Source of the DNA: an uncultured Pseudomonadota bacterium
GTDB taxonomy: Bacteria > Myxococcota_A > Polyangia > Fen-1088
Direction of reading: 5' to 3'
NCBI GenBank assembly: GCA_963847705.1
Contig: CAWKBC010000001.1
Span: 96,001-160,000 of the forward strand
Length of the DNA stretch: 64,000 bases
Below the pieces are notes generated by a model, which did not search any database, was not told the DNA's origin, and was given only the letters and a program-made list of their open reading frames with translations. Positions 60,570 through 64,000 of the stretch are shown here, piece after piece. The translations under genes were made by a program, and so were the position numbers. How positions within the stretch are numbered: position 1 is the stretch's first letter; each line of letters begins with the position of its first letter.

Positions 60570-61695
60570 ATGAGATCCAAGGTCCTGTTCTCCGGTCTGG
60601 CGACGTGCCTGGCGCTCGGGGGATGCGGCTCGGGCGGCACTGATTCGGGTATGACAGCGGGCTCCGGCGGCGCGGCCAGTACTGGTGGGGCCACCGGCTC
60701 CGGTGGGGGCCCTGCCTCCGGCGGAACCACCGGCTCCGGCGGTAAGACCGGCTCGGGAGGGACGACCGGCTCCGGTGGGGTGACCGGCTCGGGCGGGACG
60801 ACCGGCTCGGGCGGGGTGACCAGCACGGGAGGGACCACCGGTTCCGGTGGGACGATTGGCACGGGAGGCGTCACCGGTGTGGCTGGCCGCGGCGGCATGA
60901 CCGGCTCGGGTGGCGCGGCCGGGCGCGGCGGCGTGACCGGTTCTGGCGGGGCAGCCGGGCGGGGCGGCACCACGGGGTCGGGCGGCACCACCGGATTCTG
61001 GAGGCTCCGGCACCGACGGCGGCGTGACGGTCGATTGCTCGGCCACGCTGCCCACCGGCGGAACGACCTACACCGGAACCAACATCAACGGCAGCGCCGA
61101 CGGGCTCGGCTATGGGATCTGGACGAACGGAAGCGGCGGGAGCATCACCGTCTTCCCCAACGCCCACGCGTTCTCGACCTCCTGGAACAACAGCCAGGAC
61201 TTCCTGGCCCACCTCGGCCTCGATTTCAACTCCTCGAAGGCTTACACGGCCTACGGGACCATCGAGGCGCAGTTCTCCGAGGTGAAATCAGGAAGCGCCG
61301 GCGGCTTCTCATCCATCGGAATGTACGGATGGATGCACAGCCCGTGTGTCGAGTGGTACATCAACGAAGACTCGTTCAACGGTCTCGCCCCGCGCGGCAG
61401 CGTCACCGCCGTCATCGACGGAGCCACGTACTACCTGACCACGACGACCACCACCGGAACCGGTGGCGCCAACGCCTGCGAATCTGGCCATACCGGTGGT
61501 TGGACTCAAATGATCAGCACCCGGAAAACGGCTCGCACCTGCGGCAACATCACCGTCAGCGATCACTTCGCGGCGTGGGCGAACCAGGGCTGGAGCTTGG
61601 GCACCCTCTCGTCGGTCCACATCAACGTCGAAGTGGGCGGCGGCTCCGGGAGCATTCAATTTCCGGTGGCAAACGTCACGACGACCAGCAAATGA
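60570..61695 (+). CDS. divergent GH11 xylanase-like lipoprotein (one frameshift near 60996)
   Basis: Lipobox LGGC, GSGG linker; GMYGW..PCVEWYINED, IDGATYY, Q..S.R, ITVSDHFAAW...G, NVEVGGGSGS (both catalytic Glu positions). Confidence 0.8.
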
Positions 61696-61843
61696 CCCGC
61701 TCCTGACCAGGCTGGCCACCGGCCGTTTTCAAATCGACCCGGGGCGCCTCGGCGCTCGACGGCCCTCCCTCCACCGGCCGGCTTGGGCCTCAGGCTGTGA
61801 GCGTCGAGGAGGATCCGGCTCTCGATCTCGGGCGCGACGCCGT

Positions 61844-63001
61844 CTACTGGGCTCCGTAGACGGAGACGATGTTGGCCTGCACGGCGTCGTCGGCCGAGTC
61901 CGAGGAGTAGGCGGTGGTCATCACGCCTTCGAACCAGTTCCCGGTGGCGGCGTTGCTGTTGTCGCCGCCGGTGCCCAGGCCGATGGCGCCTTCCTTCCTC
62001 ATCGGCGTGTACCGCGTGCTGGGGCGCTGGCCGTCGAACGGTGTGGTCAGTCCGCCGGACTGCGCGTTGCCGCTCTTGATGGTCCAGTGGTTCTTGCCGG
62101 CGGCGTCGCCCTTCACCATCCCGGTGACGTAGCTGAAGGTCAGCGGCATGTTGTTGTCGTAGGGGCTCACGTTGCCAGCCCAGAGTCCGTTTTCGAGATC
62201 TCCCATCACCCAGGGACCGTTGTCAGCGCCTTTGCCCCAGATGGTGCAGTTTCCGAAGTAGACGGCTTCCATCGTCCCCTCGCCGTCGTCCCGGCTCGTG
62301 GTTTCCATGTTCCCGTAGTCGAAGCAGCACCCGCTGTTGTAGGGCGACCCGGCGACGACCATGTACTCGGTCTCGGGGTTGTCGCCGGTCGCGGTGCCAC
62401 AGGCCGTGTTGTTGCGATAGCCCACGCCGGGAACGATGTGGACGCCGTAGACGGCGTGGCCACCGAAGGTGGCCGAGACGGACTTCGCGTTCGCTTCGTT
62501 GTCGGGAGTCGTCTTGGCGCCGCCCGCGGGCGCCGAGGTGAGGTTGTTCCCGTTGCCCGACTGGTCATAGATGATCGAGATGGTGCAGGCGGCGGTGCCG
62601 CAGAAAGTGTCCTGGTCGGCCGAGCTGGCGAAGCCCCCCGGCGCGAGGACGCCGATGTCCATCGTCGTGCCGTCCGTCTTCTTGACCTGGTAGAGCGGTC
62701 CGCTGTACGCGGCGTAGAGAGCCCGAACCGTGCTGTGGGCCGCTACACACGCGCCACCGTCGGCGGCGTAGATGTCGCAAGGGCCGCCGGTCGGGCCGCT
62801 GGTGGTCGTCGGTACGCCTGTACAGGCCCTGGTGCCCGTACCGCCGGTGCCGGGGGTGCCGGTGGTGCCGCCCGAACCGACGGTGCCACCCGTCGAGGAG
62901 ACCTCTCCATCCGGCCGGTCCGCGGTGACCTTGCAGCCCAAGCACGAGACGCCCACGATCGCCACCAACGACAGCTTGGTCCCGAATCCTGTTTTTCTCA
63001 T
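61844..63001 (-). CDS. GH54 alpha-L-arabinofuranosidase B lipoprotein #3
   Basis: Lipobox CLGC, GPCDIY, GYRNN, CCFDYGNME, PWVMGDLENG, KEGAIGLGTGGDNSN. Confidence 0.92.
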   Translation of the reverse strand: MRKTGFGTKLSLVAIVGVSCLGCKVTADRPDGEVSSTGGTVGSGGTTGTPGTGGTGTRACTGVPTTTSGPTGGPCDIYAADGGACVAAHSTVRALYAAYSGPLYQVKKTDGTTMDIGVLAPGGFASSADQDTFCGTAACTISIIYDQSGNGNNLTSAPAGGAKTTPDNEANAKSVSATFGGHAVYGVHIVPGVGYRNNTACGTATGDNPETEYMVVAGSPYNSGCCFDYGNMETTSRDDGEGTMEAVYFGNCTIWGKGADNGPWVMGDLENGLWAGNVSPYDNNMPLTFSYVTGMVKGDAAGKNHWTIKSGNAQSGGLTTPFDGQRPSTRYTPMRKEGAIGLGTGGDNSNAATGNWFEGVMTTAYSSDSADDAVQANIVSVYGAQ

Positions 63002-63186
63002 GGATAGGGGGGTTTGTCGGGGAGCAGGAATCTTTGTTACGGTAAAGTGCCTCGACCGCACGAGCGGGGCCGTCTCTGGCCCTGGCCCCGGCCCCGGCTC
63101 AGACACCGGGTGACGCGCCGCAAGGCTACCGGTTTCGCTCGAGAGTCGATCTCCCGATTGATGGGAATGTAAGGTGGCATGCTCTT

Positions 63187-64000
63187 ATGGCTAACATGAT
63201 GGTCCGCGGACTGACGATCCTGACGCGCAAGGTGATCGTCACGCGCCGGTTTGGTGCCGACGCCTGGCTGCTGCTCTATCGCGACGTCGCCGGGGCGCAT
63301 CGCTCCTTCCGCTCGCTGATCACCTCCGAGACGCTGATCCCGCTCTCCGACTACCTCACCTTTCACGACGAGCTCGTTCGTCGTTTCTACAAGGACGACG
63401 ACAGCTCGCATTTCGCGCTCGGCAGGGAATCAGCGCGCTGGGCGCTGGTCGACGGGCCGTGCAAGTCGTTCCTGGAGCAGAAAGACCTGCGTGGGTTCGT
63501 CAGGTCGTTCCCGAAGTTCTGGGAGACCTATTTCTGGGAGACGACGAGCCGCTCGCAGGCTTCGCTGAACGGTGACTCGGTCGAGTTCAAGGCGTTCGAT
63601 CTGCCGCGCTGGCATCCTTACTTCGAGCATTTCGTCATGGGGTACATGACGGAGGCGCTGGAGATGTTCTGCGCGAACCCGATTGGCGCCACCCGACTGC
63701 GCGGCGGCGGCGGGGCGGGTTATCACTACCTGCTCCATACGGCGCCCACGGCGCTGGAGCTCTCGCCCGACCACGGCGGCAGCGCCTCGGGGCGGAGTTT
63801 GCCCGTGCGCGGAGCGTCGCCGCACCCCTCGAACCGGGAGCTCGAGGTCCTGCTCCTGGTGGCCGAGGGGAAGACCAATGAGGAGATCGGTCTGGTGCTG
63901 GGGATCTCCGGCAAGACCGTCCAGCACCACGTCGCGCGTGCCTACCGGAAGATCGACGTCACCGGCCGCGTCGGCGCCGCCATGTGGCTCGCCCAGCGCG
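63187..64000 (+). CDS. LuxR-family regulator with H-NOX/V4R-like N-terminal domain (3' truncated)
   Basis: Open frame from ATG 63187 to window end: MANMMVRGLTILTRKVIVTRRFGADAW...SNRELEVLLLVAEGKTNEEIGLVLGISGKTVQHHVARAYRKI. Confidence 0.85.
   Translation, partial: MANMMVRGLTILTRKVIVTRRFGADAWLLLYRDVAGAHRSFRSLITSETLIPLSDYLTFHDELVRRFYKDDDSSHFALGRESARWALVDGPCKSFLEQKDLRGFVRSFPKFWETYFWETTSRSQASLNGDSVEFKAFDLPRWHPYFEHFVMGYMTEALEMFCANPIGATRLRGGGGAGYHYLLHTAPTALELSPDHGGSASGRSLPVRGASPHPSNRELEVLLLVAEGKTNEEIGLVLGISGKTVQHHVARAYRKIDVTGRVGAAMWLAQR

Noticed and set aside
60660-60995. 18-bp periodic repeats as possible CRISPR or VNTR
   Set aside because: In-frame Gly/Ser/Thr linker coding, with no unique spacers or cas genes

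Overview
GC-rich bacterial DNA, most likely Myxococcota (Polyangia-like), judged from MYXO-CTERM tails, many Gly-rich-linker lipoproteins, a Ser/Thr kinase and hybrid kinases. Several single-base frameshifts suggest a long-read assembly. From left to right: (1) a sulfur cluster with a partial beta-carbonic anhydrase, metY, metA, SulP and two divergent sbp genes; (2) a divergent stress cluster, ribA-blc-NAD(P)H-binding-CPBP versus DUF393, with mirror-image ECF-type promoters; (3) envelope and surface genes (L,D-transpeptidase-like, OmpA plus DUF3494 ice-binding lipoprotein, arylsulfotransferase-like, BON); (4) signalling genes (kinase, REC, CheB/CheR, histidine kinases, PAS-GGDEF-EAL); (5) from about 33 kb, an arabinoxylan/arabinan-utilisation region (AraC, CE1, araBAD, LamB porin, GH39, three GH54, GH11) interleaved with a GT-C / split-transketolase / GtrB-like / SDR glycosylation cluster; (6) a partial LuxR-type regulator. 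The most notable signal read from the DNA is a conserved GACAA-N15-(G/A)ACAA direct repeat (about 20-bp period) upstream of about eight transcription units, including the AraC gene, which outlines a candidate myxobacterial polysaccharide-utilisation regulon without SusC/D genes in the window. No rRNA, tRNA, CRISPR array or transposase was recognised. All family assignments are from motif recognition by eye; no searches were run.
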